From a virus: DNA of 64,000 nt. The stretch lies in UHGV virus genome UHGV-0176771; one strand, 5' to 3'. The notes under the pieces are model-generated. The model was given only the letters and a program-made list of their open reading frames with translations, did not search any database and had not been told where the DNA came from. The position numbers and the translations under genes are program-made. How positions within the stretch are numbered: the stretch's first letter is position 1; each line of letters begins with the position of its first letter. Shown piece after piece: positions 1 to 9,078 of this stretch.

Positions 1-29
1 ATGGTTACAAGAGATTAAATGCTGAAGAC

Positions 30-728
30 ATGGGAAAATATTCATTAAAATACAAAGATCTCCCAGGTAAAGATATTTATAAACCATCAAATGTTGGGAA
101 ACTGTTTATTAGTATTGATATGAGAAAGGCAAATTTTTCAGCATTAAAATTTTATGCTAAAAGTATTTTTAGTAACTCTGATACATGGGAAGAATTTATT
201 GAAAGATATACGGAGAATAAACATATCGTAAACAGCAAATATATTAGACAAGTTATTCTTGGAAACTGTAATCCTAAAAGGCAGGTGACTTATGAAAAAT
301 ATTTGATGGGTCTTGTATTAGAAGTTCTTATTGATGAATTAGGATATTCCACTAGTGATATTGCGTTTTACTCTAATGATGAAATTGTTATTGATATGGG
401 AAAATATAAAGGCTGTATAAATAAACAAAAAATATTAGAAATGGCAGTTAACGTACGTTTTAATATTCCATTCAGGATTGAATTGTTTTACTTACACAAA
501 ATTACTGGTACAGATGGATATTGCAAGGAAATTGTAAAAAATATTATTGAAAGAGAATATGAATTTAAATGCTTAAACAATTATACATTACCATTTGTGC
601 TGAGAAAGTTTAATGGAGAAGAAATCACTGAAAACGATAAAGTATTTTATCATGAAGGATTACTATCGAAATTTATGGAAGTACCAAATATGGAGGTAAA
701 ATTGAATGAAAATAAATATTCCGTCTGA
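30..728 (+). CDS. Hypothetical protein; weak resemblance to Thg1/TLP-family 3'-5' nucleotidyltransferases (SIDMRKANFS and YSNDEIVI segments resemble the RLDGxNF and SDE motifs)
   Basis: ORF with ATG at 30 after an in-frame stop at 17-19. Thg1-like motifs seen by eye only; spacing between motifs is longer than in canonical Thg1. Genomic context (immediately upstream of cca) is supportive. Confidence 0.35.
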   Translation: MGKYSLKYKDLPGKDIYKPSNVGKLFISIDMRKANFSALKFYAKSIFSNSDTWEEFIERYTENKHIVNSKYIRQVILGNCNPKRQVTYEKYLMGLVLEVLIDELGYSTSDIAFYSNDEIVIDMGKYKGCINKQKILEMAVNVRFNIPFRIELFYLHKITGTDGYCKEIVKNIIEREYEFKCLNNYTLPFVLRKFNGEEITENDKVFYHEGLLSKFMEVPNMEVKLNENKYSV

Positions 729-2043
729 TGCAAATGAGTTGATTCATACACTTCAAAATCACGGACATTCCGCTTATGTGGTAGGTGGTTGTGTAAGAGA
801 TAGCATCATTGGAAGACAAATTCACGATTGGGATATTTGTACATCTGCAACACCAGACGAAATGCTGGAGATTTTTAAGGATAAAAAAGTAATTGAAACT
901 GGCTTAAAACACGGAACTATAACTGTTGTGGTAAAAGGAGAATCATATGAATTAACAACATTTCGTATTGATGGAAAATATTCTGATAGTCGTAGACCTG
1001 ATTCAGTAATTTTCACAAGTAGTTTAATTGAAGATTTAAAGAGACGTGATTTCACAATCAATGCAATGGCATATAATGATGACGAAGGATTAATTGATCC
1101 ATTTGGGGGATTAGAAGATATTGAATATAAAAAAATTCAATGTGTAGGTTCTGCAAAAGATAGATTTGGAGAAGATGCTTTAAGGATATTGAGAGCAATT
1201 CGTTTTGCTTCTCAACTTGAATTTGTGATGACCTCGGAAACAAGTTATGAAATCAATAAACAATACAAAAATTTGAAGAATATTTCGATTGAGAGAATAA
1301 ATAGTGAGTTTTGCAAAATCGCCGCATCAAGAGATTTCTGTGTAGAAATGGTTTTATATAAAGATGTGTTTGCATTGTTTATACCGGAATTAAAAGATAT
1401 GTTTGAATTCCAACAGAATAACCCATATCACGATTATGATGTTTACAGTCATACAGTACATTCAATTGAACATTGTAAATCCGATAATTTGGTTGTTAGA
1501 TTGGCGGTTTTCTTTCATGATATTGGAAAACCTCATTCATTTCAAGATGGCGAAGACGGTATTAGACACTTTAAAGGACATGGAAAAGTTAGTGCAGACA
1601 TTACAGACAATATTATGAAACGTCTCAAATTTGACAATGAAACAAGAAATAATGTGGTTGAATTGGTGTATTACCATGATGCAACCTTTGAGGTTGGTAA
1701 AAAATATGTGAGAAGATGGATCAATAAGATTGGAGTAGAACAGTTTAGAAGACTATTGGAAGTTAGGAAAGCAGATATTTTAGGACAGAAAGAATCTTAT
1801 GAACAGTATAGGATTGACAATGTCGATAATATTAAACAGATTCTTGAAGAAGTTCTACGAGAAGAAACATGTTTTACGCTTAAAGATTTAGCTGTTAATG
1901 GCAACGATTTAATGAGTATTGGTTATAAAGAAAACAAAGAATTAGGCAATACACTAAATGAATTATTACGATTAGTAATTGATGAAGAATGTCCTAATAA
2001 AAAAGAAAAATTATTAGAAGTAGCAATTGAAAGGAGAATGTAA
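706..2043 (+). CDS. cca: CCA-adding tRNA nucleotidyltransferase (class II Pol-beta head domain GGCVRD plus RRDFTINAMA motif, C-terminal HD domain)
   Basis: Motifs GGxVRD, DxD, RRDFTINA and an HD dyad (FFHDIGKP) are visible. GGAGGT RBS lies 9 nt upstream of ATG 706. Start overlaps the upstream ORF by 23 nt (coupled). Confidence 0.85.
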   Translation: MKINIPSDANELIHTLQNHGHSAYVVGGCVRDSIIGRQIHDWDICTSATPDEMLEIFKDKKVIETGLKHGTITVVVKGESYELTTFRIDGKYSDSRRPDSVIFTSSLIEDLKRRDFTINAMAYNDDEGLIDPFGGLEDIEYKKIQCVGSAKDRFGEDALRILRAIRFASQLEFVMTSETSYEINKQYKNLKNISIERINSEFCKIAASRDFCVEMVLYKDVFALFIPELKDMFEFQQNNPYHDYDVYSHTVHSIEHCKSDNLVVRLAVFFHDIGKPHSFQDGEDGIRHFKGHGKVSADITDNIMKRLKFDNETRNNVVELVYYHDATFEVGKKYVRRWINKIGVEQFRRLLEVRKADILGQKESYEQYRIDNVDNIKQILEEVLREETCFTLKDLAVNGNDLMSIGYKENKELGNTLNELLRLVIDEECPNKKEKLLEVAIERRM

Positions 2044-2952
2044 TTGATTAAATTATTCACACACCGGGATTTAGATGGAATAGGTTGTGCGATTTTGGCG
2101 CGATTGACATTCGGTGAAAATGTAGACATTACATATTGTAATTATGATGAAGTAGATGTACTTGTAAGAGAATATATTTCTAAAATAGACAAAGGACATG
2201 ATACATGTTTTATTACAGACATTTGTATTAAGGATGATTTGGCTTCTGTGATTGATGGTAATTATAAAAATAATTTTAAATTAATTGATCATCACAAAAC
2301 AGCATTAGAACTCAATAAATATGATTGGTGTACTGTTGAAACAGAGAATAATGATACAGGTCTTATGACAAGCGGTACAGAATTATTTAGTAAATATCTG
2401 ATTGACCATAAATATTTAGATGTGGATGTAAGTGATTTTGTAAGAATTGTAACAGATTACGACACATGGAGATGGTCAACACTTGGTAAGGACGGACTCG
2501 TTTCAAAAGATGTAAATGACTTGTTGTATTTATATGGAAGAGAAAAATTTGAAACGAGGTGTATTAGATGTATTGAATCTGGCAGATTTCCTCATTTTGA
2601 CCAAGAGTCAAGTTTAATGTTGTCATTTAACAGGAATGAAATTGAAAAATATATCAAAGAAAAAGATAAGACAATTATTGTTAAGTGCAATGGAGAATAT
2701 ATGTATGGTGTTGTTTTTGCAGATAAATATATCAGTGAATTAGGTAATGAATTATGTAAATTGAATAGAGAACTTGATTATATTGCAATTGTAAATATGA
2801 GTACACGTTCAGTTTCTTATAGAACTATCAAAGATGATATTGACATGGGTATGATTGCAAAGAAATATGGAGGCGGTGGTCATCCAAAAGCAGCAGGATC
2901 AAAATTTGATGTTTATAAACTTGCAAGATTTCTTGACGAATTATTAGATTAG
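2044..2952 (+). CDS. DHH/DHHA1 family phosphoesterase (NrnA-like nanoRNase / pAp phosphatase type)
   Basis: DHH motif (LIDHHKT) and DHHA1 GGGH motif (GGGGHPKAAG) are visible. TTG start with AGGAGA RBS 8 nt upstream. Confidence 0.75.
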   Translation: MIKLFTHRDLDGIGCAILARLTFGENVDITYCNYDEVDVLVREYISKIDKGHDTCFITDICIKDDLASVIDGNYKNNFKLIDHHKTALELNKYDWCTVETENNDTGLMTSGTELFSKYLIDHKYLDVDVSDFVRIVTDYDTWRWSTLGKDGLVSKDVNDLLYLYGREKFETRCIRCIESGRFPHFDQESSLMLSFNRNEIEKYIKEKDKTIIVKCNGEYMYGVVFADKYISELGNELCKLNRELDYIAIVNMSTRSVSYRTIKDDIDMGMIAKKYGGGGHPKAAGSKFDVYKLARFLDELLD

Positions 2953-2968
2953 AGGAGAAATAAGAAAT

Positions 2969-3250
2969 ATGACGATATTAAATATTATCATGTGTCATTT
3001 GATTGGTGATTACGTTTTACAATGTGACTTTATTGCAAAGACGAAAGGTCAGAACTGGTATCACTTGTTTGTACATTGCTTTCTGTATTGTTTCCCATTT
3101 TATATTGTGTTTGGATTTACATGGCAGCTACCAATCATTTTTATTGTTCATGTAGTAACAGATGCATTAAAAGCAAGATGGAATAAAATAACTTATACTC
3201 AGGATCAAATTATACATTATGTGATTGCACTTATTTACTTGGCTTTTTGA
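2969..3250 (+). CDS. Small integral membrane protein (about 3 predicted TM helices), unknown function
   Basis: Hydrophobic ORF with RBS AGGAGAAAT upstream. Confidence 0.4.
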   Translation: MTILNIIMCHLIGDYVLQCDFIAKTKGQNWYHLFVHCFLYCFPFYIVFGFTWQLPIIFIVHVVTDALKARWNKITYTQDQIIHYVIALIYLAF

Positions 3251-3296
3251 TAGTAAAAATTGAAAGAAGCATTATTTCATAAGGAGAATAAGAAAT

Positions 3297-3653
3297 ATGA
3301 AATTAACAAGAGAAGAAGCAGTCTCAGGACATAGAAAAATGTGGAATTGGATTGCAGATTGGGTTGAAGAAAAAGAAAATAGCGATGGGATTCAATGGTT
3401 GAAGAATAAGTATTGCACACAGAATAATCTTGAATTGAGAAGCGATTGCTTTTGTTGTGAATATACGCAAAGAAATTGTAGTGCCTGTCCGATTCAATGG
3501 GGTGGTTCTCTTGAAGATTTTATGTGTATGCAAAAATATGAAGAAGATGATGACGAAGGATTGTATGCATTATGTTGTAATGAACTAGATTGGGAAGAAC
3601 AGGCAAAATTAGCAAGACAAATTGCAAATTTACCAGAAAGACAGGATTTGTAA
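3297..3653 (+). CDS. Cys-rich hypothetical protein
   Basis: ORF with AAGGAGAA RBS and multiple CxxC pairs. Confidence 0.4.
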   Translation: MKLTREEAVSGHRKMWNWIADWVEEKENSDGIQWLKNKYCTQNNLELRSDCFCCEYTQRNCSACPIQWGGSLEDFMCMQKYEEDDDEGLYALCCNELDWEEQAKLARQIANLPERQDL

Positions 3654-3654
3654 T

Positions 3655-4020
3655 ATGGATAGGCTTACATATAGAACAGAATTAGGTGTTAGTTTAGATA
3701 TAGACGATAAATGCCCTACGTGTAGTATTTGCTGGAATTGTGATATCCCAGTAAGAGAATGTGGATACATATACGATGCACTAGAAAAACTTGCAGAATA
3801 TGAAGATACAAAATTGACACTTGAGCAGATACGGAACCTGAAGGAGCGTGATACAGCGAAGAAACCAAGTATCGAGGGAGACGGGTATGCTCCAGATGGA
3901 ACATTTATATGGGATACATGGATCTGTCCAAACTGTAATGAACATTATGAAATTGATTATGATGAATATGATTTTTGTCCGAAATGTGGACAAAGAATTG
4001 ACAGGAGGGAATTAGAATAA
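3655..4020 (+). CDS. Zinc-ribbon hypothetical protein (several CxxC pairs)
   Basis: Longest ORF begins at 3622 but overlaps the upstream gene. ATG at 3655 directly follows the upstream stop. Confidence 0.35.
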   Translation: MDRLTYRTELGVSLDIDDKCPTCSICWNCDIPVRECGYIYDALEKLAEYEDTKLTLEQIRNLKERDTAKKPSIEGDGYAPDGTFIWDTWICPNCNEHYEIDYDEYDFCPKCGQRIDRRELE

Positions 4021-4113
4021 AATGGCGAATAAGAGATACAACAATTTAAAAATTCAAAAATTTGTATTTCACGAACCCGCATGGTTGCTACGTTTGTTGG
4101 GGGTAAAAATCGA

Positions 4114-4350
4114 ATGAAACTGGAATTTCATACAAACAAAAACGAGATTAAGGTTATATCTCATCCGAGGAACAAGAAAGAGCTTTGGAGAGATATAGAT
4201 AAAGTATTAGAAGACAGAAGATTCAAGACATATTACCAGAGATTATATCTTGAGAATGATAAATTAAAAATAGATTTTGGATCACACACAGAATTCTTCT
4301 ATGTAACTGATTTGACAGTTGCAGATCTAAGAGAATTATCAATTGAGTAA
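4114..4350 (+). CDS. Hypothetical protein
   Basis: GGGGG RBS 8 nt upstream of ATG 4114. The longer ORF from 4081 has no RBS. Confidence 0.3.
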   Translation: MKLEFHTNKNEIKVISHPRNKKELWRDIDKVLEDRRFKTYYQRLYLENDKLKIDFGSHTEFFYVTDLTVADLRELSIE

Positions 4351-4565
4351 GATAATTCACATATAAAATTGCAAATCAATAGTTTCTATAAATCACAATT
4401 ATAGAATTGAATATTTTAAAAATTTGTCGTGAAAGAGCGACAGTTTCTTAAATGCACCCATTTTCGGGGTTTACATAGAAATTTACATATTAGTAATTCT
4501 ATGCTCCGGCTGCAGCGCGGTCGTTCACATATAAAAAATATACATACAAAAGGAGATTTTATTTT

Positions 4566-5774
4566 ATGAATTTTGAAATGACAGGAAGACTTAGCATCTC
4601 GAAGGAAACAGAGAAGTTTAAACCATGGGAAGAGAAAACTTATGATTCTGGATGGGTGAAACGACGGTTACTATTTAATGTTACCTGTGGAGATAATAGA
4701 CACATGTTGGCTGTAGATGATGGTTCATTTTCAGACGGACATGGTGATGTGTACACATTTAGTAAAGCAACAATTGATGAATCTGGAAATAAAAAGAAAG
4801 GTGAATCAATGATTATTCCATTTAAAGAGAGACTTACTTCTCCGAAGATTGCAGAGGTAGCAGAATTTAAAAAATATATTTTCGATCTTGAGAAACCAGG
4901 AAGAAGATATGGACTTGAGAAAGCTTCTGAAAGACTTAAAGAAGGAAGAAATTTAACAGATGAAGAACTGAAAGATTTGGGTCTTGAGAATGAATCAGAA
5001 GTTACAGAAGCACTCGAAAAGAGTAAAAAGAAACGCCATGAGTTTATCACAAAATGGGATTATGCAGAGTTTATTAAAAAAGTAATCGATAGTGGAAAGT
5101 ATTCAGATGCAAAATTCTTTATTCGTGGAAATGGAGAGTATTCTTACTCTGAAAACAACGAAAGAGTATATGAATCATATGTTCCTACCCGTATTTATCT
5201 TGCCGCAGACGATGCAGAGGAGAGTTCAACTGCTACCGTAAACATTCTGTTTAATAGTGAGAGTCTTGACACAATGAGTGCAGACGAGAAGAAGAAATAT
5301 TACGTAAATGGATGGATGATGGAATACGACAATAACAGAAGAGGTAATATCCCGGTTCCGGTTACTGTGACAATCCCACTTCCGGGAGACGACGCGGATC
5401 AGAAAGCAAAACGTAGAGTAGAGTCGCTGAAACATAAATTTGCAGTAGACGATGAATCTATCAAAGAGTACGGAGTCGTAGTGAATATGTTGAACGGCGC
5501 ACAGAAAACAGAAATCACAGAGGATATGCTTACAGATGAACAGAGAGATGATCTTGAATGTGGTCTTATTACAATGGATGATATTAGGGCTGAACTTGGA
5601 GGAAGTGTTTATGGTGAACGAATTCGTGAATATGAATTTGTTAAACCTGCAAGAGGATTTACAAAAGGAAGACAGGATACTGTTTACACAGTAGAAGACA
5701 TGGTTATCAGACCAATCGAAGAAACTCTTCCAGAAGGAACCGAAGACTTATTCGATGATGATGATGATCTTTAA
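4566..5774 (+). CDS. Putative ssDNA-binding or recombination-associated protein with acidic C-terminal tail (DLFDDDDDL)
   Basis: Strong RBS AAAGGAGA. Acidic C-terminus is typical of phage SSBs. Sits immediately upstream of the Sak4-like ATPase. Fold not verified. Confidence 0.3.
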   Translation: MNFEMTGRLSISKETEKFKPWEEKTYDSGWVKRRLLFNVTCGDNRHMLAVDDGSFSDGHGDVYTFSKATIDESGNKKKGESMIIPFKERLTSPKIAEVAEFKKYIFDLEKPGRRYGLEKASERLKEGRNLTDEELKDLGLENESEVTEALEKSKKKRHEFITKWDYAEFIKKVIDSGKYSDAKFFIRGNGEYSYSENNERVYESYVPTRIYLAADDAEESSTATVNILFNSESLDTMSADEKKKYYVNGWMMEYDNNRRGNIPVPVTVTIPLPGDDADQKAKRRVESLKHKFAVDDESIKEYGVVVNMLNGAQKTEITEDMLTDEQRDDLECGLITMDDIRAELGGSVYGERIREYEFVKPARGFTKGRQDTVYTVEDMVIRPIEETLPEGTEDLFDDDDDL

Positions 5775-5849
5775 AATGGAGGGTTAATTACCCTCTATAC
5801 AACTTAAAACAAAACACAAATACATTGAATACAATTGGAGGAATTAAAT

Positions 5850-7001
5850 ATGGCATTTGTAAAACCAGTAATTAATGAAATTAAACCGGATATTAAAAAC
5901 TTATCGATTTATCTTAGAAGTACAAAAAAGTTTGGAAAATCTACGCTTTTTAGAGATGTAGTCCTTGCAAAATATGGAGATCCATCAAGAGGTCTTCTGG
6001 TAGGATGTGGCAATGAGGTTGGATATAAGATGTTGGACAACCTGAATGTAACCCAGGTTAATACATATAAAGATATGATTGAATTGCAGAAGTGGCTTAT
6101 TGAAGAAAAAGGAAGAGAACATCACATTGAAATGATTGCTTTTGACACTGGGGACGAGCTTGCCCTCCTCGCAGACGCTGAAACGATCCGTCAGAGCAAT
6201 ATTGAAAACCCAAGTAAAAAATGTAAATCAATTAAGGCTGCATTTGGAGGTTATACTGCAGGAGAAAAATATTCAGCAAATGATTTGATTAAACCGTACA
6301 TGGCTAAATTGCAGGATGCAGGCTTTGGAGTATGGGTGATTGCTCATACTAAATTTAAAACAATCAAGGAAAAAGGTGGATTAGATGAGGACGGTTACAT
6401 GCAGTTATCTTCAAACATGGGTGCAGATTATGAAGCTGCATTTGGAGATATCTTTGATGTAACACTCACAGGTGTTATTGATCGTGATTTAGAAGAGAAA
6501 AAAGTTGGAGATAAAACGAAGAAATATGCAACTGATGAAGTTAGAAAGTTGTATTTTAGAGGAACAACTCTGATTGATGCTGGCGGTCGTTTTGCTGATG
6601 GGGCGGTTCCTGAATATCTTGTATTTGATAAACCAAATATGGCAGAAGATTTTATTAGAACAGTAGAAGAGGGTATGGAGAAATCAAAAACATCAATGAA
6701 GAAATCTCCTTCAAAATCTGTTGAACGAGTAAAAGAGAAACCTGTGGTTAAAGTGCAGGAGGAATCAGTAGTTGAAAATGATGACGATATTTTTGATGAA
6801 GATGTTGTAAAAGAAACAGCAGTTGAGACAGTATCGGTATCTGAATATCCGGAAAACTTGGATGCTGTAATTAGAAAGATGTTCAAAGAATGTACAGATT
6901 CAGATTTAAAAGCATCTGTGAGAGAAGTCATTTCTGAGTATGGAAAATTGAATGATGTCGATAGAGAGGGACTTGAGAAAATTTACGACATGATGAAATA
7001 G
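5850..7001 (+). CDS. RecA-fold ATPase of Sak4/AAA_24 type (phage recombination protein), C-terminal acidic extension
   Basis: Degenerate P-loop (KKFGKSTL), Walker-B-like IEMIAFDTGDE and VWVIAHTK segment. GGAGGA RBS before ATG 5850. Confidence 0.45.
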   Translation: MAFVKPVINEIKPDIKNLSIYLRSTKKFGKSTLFRDVVLAKYGDPSRGLLVGCGNEVGYKMLDNLNVTQVNTYKDMIELQKWLIEEKGREHHIEMIAFDTGDELALLADAETIRQSNIENPSKKCKSIKAAFGGYTAGEKYSANDLIKPYMAKLQDAGFGVWVIAHTKFKTIKEKGGLDEDGYMQLSSNMGADYEAAFGDIFDVTLTGVIDRDLEEKKVGDKTKKYATDEVRKLYFRGTTLIDAGGRFADGAVPEYLVFDKPNMAEDFIRTVEEGMEKSKTSMKKSPSKSVERVKEKPVVKVQEESVVENDDDIFDEDVVKETAVETVSVSEYPENLDAVIRKMFKECTDSDLKASVREVISEYGKLNDVDREGLEKIYDMMK

Positions 7002-7010
7002 GAGAAATAG

Positions 7011-7505
7011 ATGCTGGTAAAATGCAGGAAATGTAATAAAAAAGTAGAACGCAATGAAGCATTTAAAGTAGTAGTGGGTGGCAAGAACACCTACTACTGC
7101 AATGAAGATGAATATAATGAGATTTTGCGAAACAAAGAATTGAAAGATGAAGCATATTCTTATATCTATAATATTTTCGGTTATAAAGTTACAAATACAT
7201 GTATTTATAAGGAAGTTAACGAATTGGTAGATGTGTTTGGATATGAACTGTTACTTTCCTATTTAAAAGAAAATGAAGTGTATTTAACATCAGTAATTCA
7301 AGGAAAAGATTTTCCTAAAGAGTATGGAAAAATAAGATACTTTGCAGCCATTCTAAAAAATTCATTGGCTGATTATGTCAATATATCAGGGAATAGTAAT
7401 GTTGAGCATGAAAAATGCATTGAATATGATTTACCAGAAGTGAAATATAAGAGGAAGAAAAAGAGAAGAAATTTATCAGATATTGAAGCGGAAGTTGGTG
7501 ACTAA
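7011..7505 (+). CDS. Hypothetical zinc-ribbon protein (possible helicase-loader position)
   Basis: ORF with AGGAGAAAT RBS and CxxC-x17-C at the N-terminus. Confidence 0.3.
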   Translation: MLVKCRKCNKKVERNEAFKVVVGGKNTYYCNEDEYNEILRNKELKDEAYSYIYNIFGYKVTNTCIYKEVNELVDVFGYELLLSYLKENEVYLTSVIQGKDFPKEYGKIRYFAAILKNSLADYVNISGNSNVEHEKCIEYDLPEVKYKRKKKRRNLSDIEAEVGD

Positions 7506-7612
7506 TTATAGACAGGGAATTTATTACAGGTGTTAAAGAAAAATATCCAGCACAGCTTCTAAAGAAAAGAATAGAAGCAGAGGGGAATGTAGTTAGCTGT
7601 TTCTTTAAGGAT

Positions 7613-9061
7613 ATGTTGCTACTTGATGATACGAAATTCCAAAAAGAAGATTTTATAACAAAAGATGGACGATTTTACTTTTCAATGCTCGATTTATTGC
7701 GAAAAAAGGGATTTTATTCTCTAGATGAAATTACCATTTTGTCAAATTTGAAACAGGAAGTGATTGATCGTTTTGAGGATATGGGAGGATGGGAAACCAT
7801 TCAGCATCAGATTGACATTATCAATATACATAATTTTGATATTTATGCGGATATTTTGTACAGAGAGAATATTTTGCTACATATGCACGATGATGGATTT
7901 GGACTTCTGCAAGAAATTGACGTTGATGGAAAGAGAATTATTCCACTGAAATTATTCAGAAAAATGTCTGCTGAAGAAGTGACGGACTGGTACGAAGCGA
8001 GGATGAGTACATATGGAACTGGGTATTCAAGCAAAATTATTGAGGAAGAAGAGATTGATTTCGATGATGAATTTATTGAGTCCTGCAGCAGTGGAGAAGA
8101 AAATGGAGTTCCATTTGATATTGCAGGATATGACAAAAATGGTGAAGAAATAAATTGTTTTCCTTTTTTATCCAGACAGACAATGGGTTTGTTAGAAGGC
8201 ACGTTTACTATGATGGGAGGATTCTCAAGTGCTGGTAAATCTACATGGTGGGTTACTGTAATTATGGCGCTTTTATATTATGACAAAAAAGTATTGATTA
8301 TTTCGAATGAGGAGAATATTAAAAAATTTAAAATTAAATTCATGGTATGGCTTCTTGGTAAGAGAAATCGATATTTCAAATTGACAAAAAAGAAAATGGG
8401 ATCTGGAGATATCAGCAAAGAAAGTAGAGATCAGTTATCAGATGTTCAGAAGTTTTGGAGAGAGAATTATAAGGGGAAAGTAAAATTTATTGCAATCAGC
8501 GATGCAGATATGAGTGTCGTTAAAAAGAAGATTCGTGAGAATGTATTGAGGTATGGATACGATACGGTTCTTTACGATACATTTAAAATTCAAGACGGAG
8601 ATTTTCAGGGTCAGAGACAAGACTTATCTCTTGTAAGAGATAGTCGCGAGCTTGATAAGATGGCAAAAAAATACGGAATCATTATGTTGGCTTCTGTACA
8701 GCTGGCAGAATATATGAAAGGCAAATTGTTTTTGGACAGCTCAGTTTTATCTAACTCAAAACAAATAAAGGAAGTGCTTGAGAATCTTTTCCTTATGAGA
8801 ACAGTATATGATGAAGAACTTGATGAAAAAAGTAAATATTATTGTCGTCCATTTAGACTAAAAAAAGTAAATGATAAATGGATAGAGGAAGAATACAAAC
8901 CAGATAGAAATGCAGTGTGGAGAGCATTATTTGTAGAAAAGACACGAAGCGGTTCCAACTCTTCAGACACAGGGATTGGATATTTGCTTAAATTTGACGG
9001 AGATCACTGTATTTTCAGAGAGGTTTCACAAGCGCGATTTAAACATGGTGAAATAAGATAA
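7613..9061 (+). CDS. DnaB-like replicative DNA helicase
   Basis: Walker A (GGFSSAGKST), Walker B (LYDTF) and a RecA-like C-terminal domain; N-terminal DnaB-type domain. Confidence 0.8.
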   Translation: MLLLDDTKFQKEDFITKDGRFYFSMLDLLRKKGFYSLDEITILSNLKQEVIDRFEDMGGWETIQHQIDIINIHNFDIYADILYRENILLHMHDDGFGLLQEIDVDGKRIIPLKLFRKMSAEEVTDWYEARMSTYGTGYSSKIIEEEEIDFDDEFIESCSSGEENGVPFDIAGYDKNGEEINCFPFLSRQTMGLLEGTFTMMGGFSSAGKSTWWVTVIMALLYYDKKVLIISNEENIKKFKIKFMVWLLGKRNRYFKLTKKKMGSGDISKESRDQLSDVQKFWRENYKGKVKFIAISDADMSVVKKKIRENVLRYGYDTVLYDTFKIQDGDFQGQRQDLSLVRDSRELDKMAKKYGIIMLASVQLAEYMKGKLFLDSSVLSNSKQIKEVLENLFLMRTVYDEELDEKSKYYCRPFRLKKVNDKWIEEEYKPDRNAVWRALFVEKTRSGSNSSDTGIGYLLKFDGDHCIFREVSQARFKHGEIR

Positions 9062-9078
9062 GAAACTTGGAGTGATAT

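Noticed and set aside
822-1243. Antisense ORFs (822..1061, 1058..1243) inside the cca gene. Similar short reverse-strand ORFs lie inside dnaE, the tape-measure gene, the Tal-like gene and the tail-fibre genes.
   Set aside because: They are fully embedded in long, motif-supported genes on the opposite strand, have low-complexity composition and no RBS. They are typical AT-rich-genome artefacts.
4351-4565. Intergenic region with hairpin TGTCG ... CGACA and GC-rich CCGGCTGCAGCGCGGTCG; considered as promoter, ncRNA or att site
   Set aside because: Hairpin is short (5 bp) with a weak T-tract, and no convincing -35/-10 pair or repeat structure was found. Left as an unannotated spacer.
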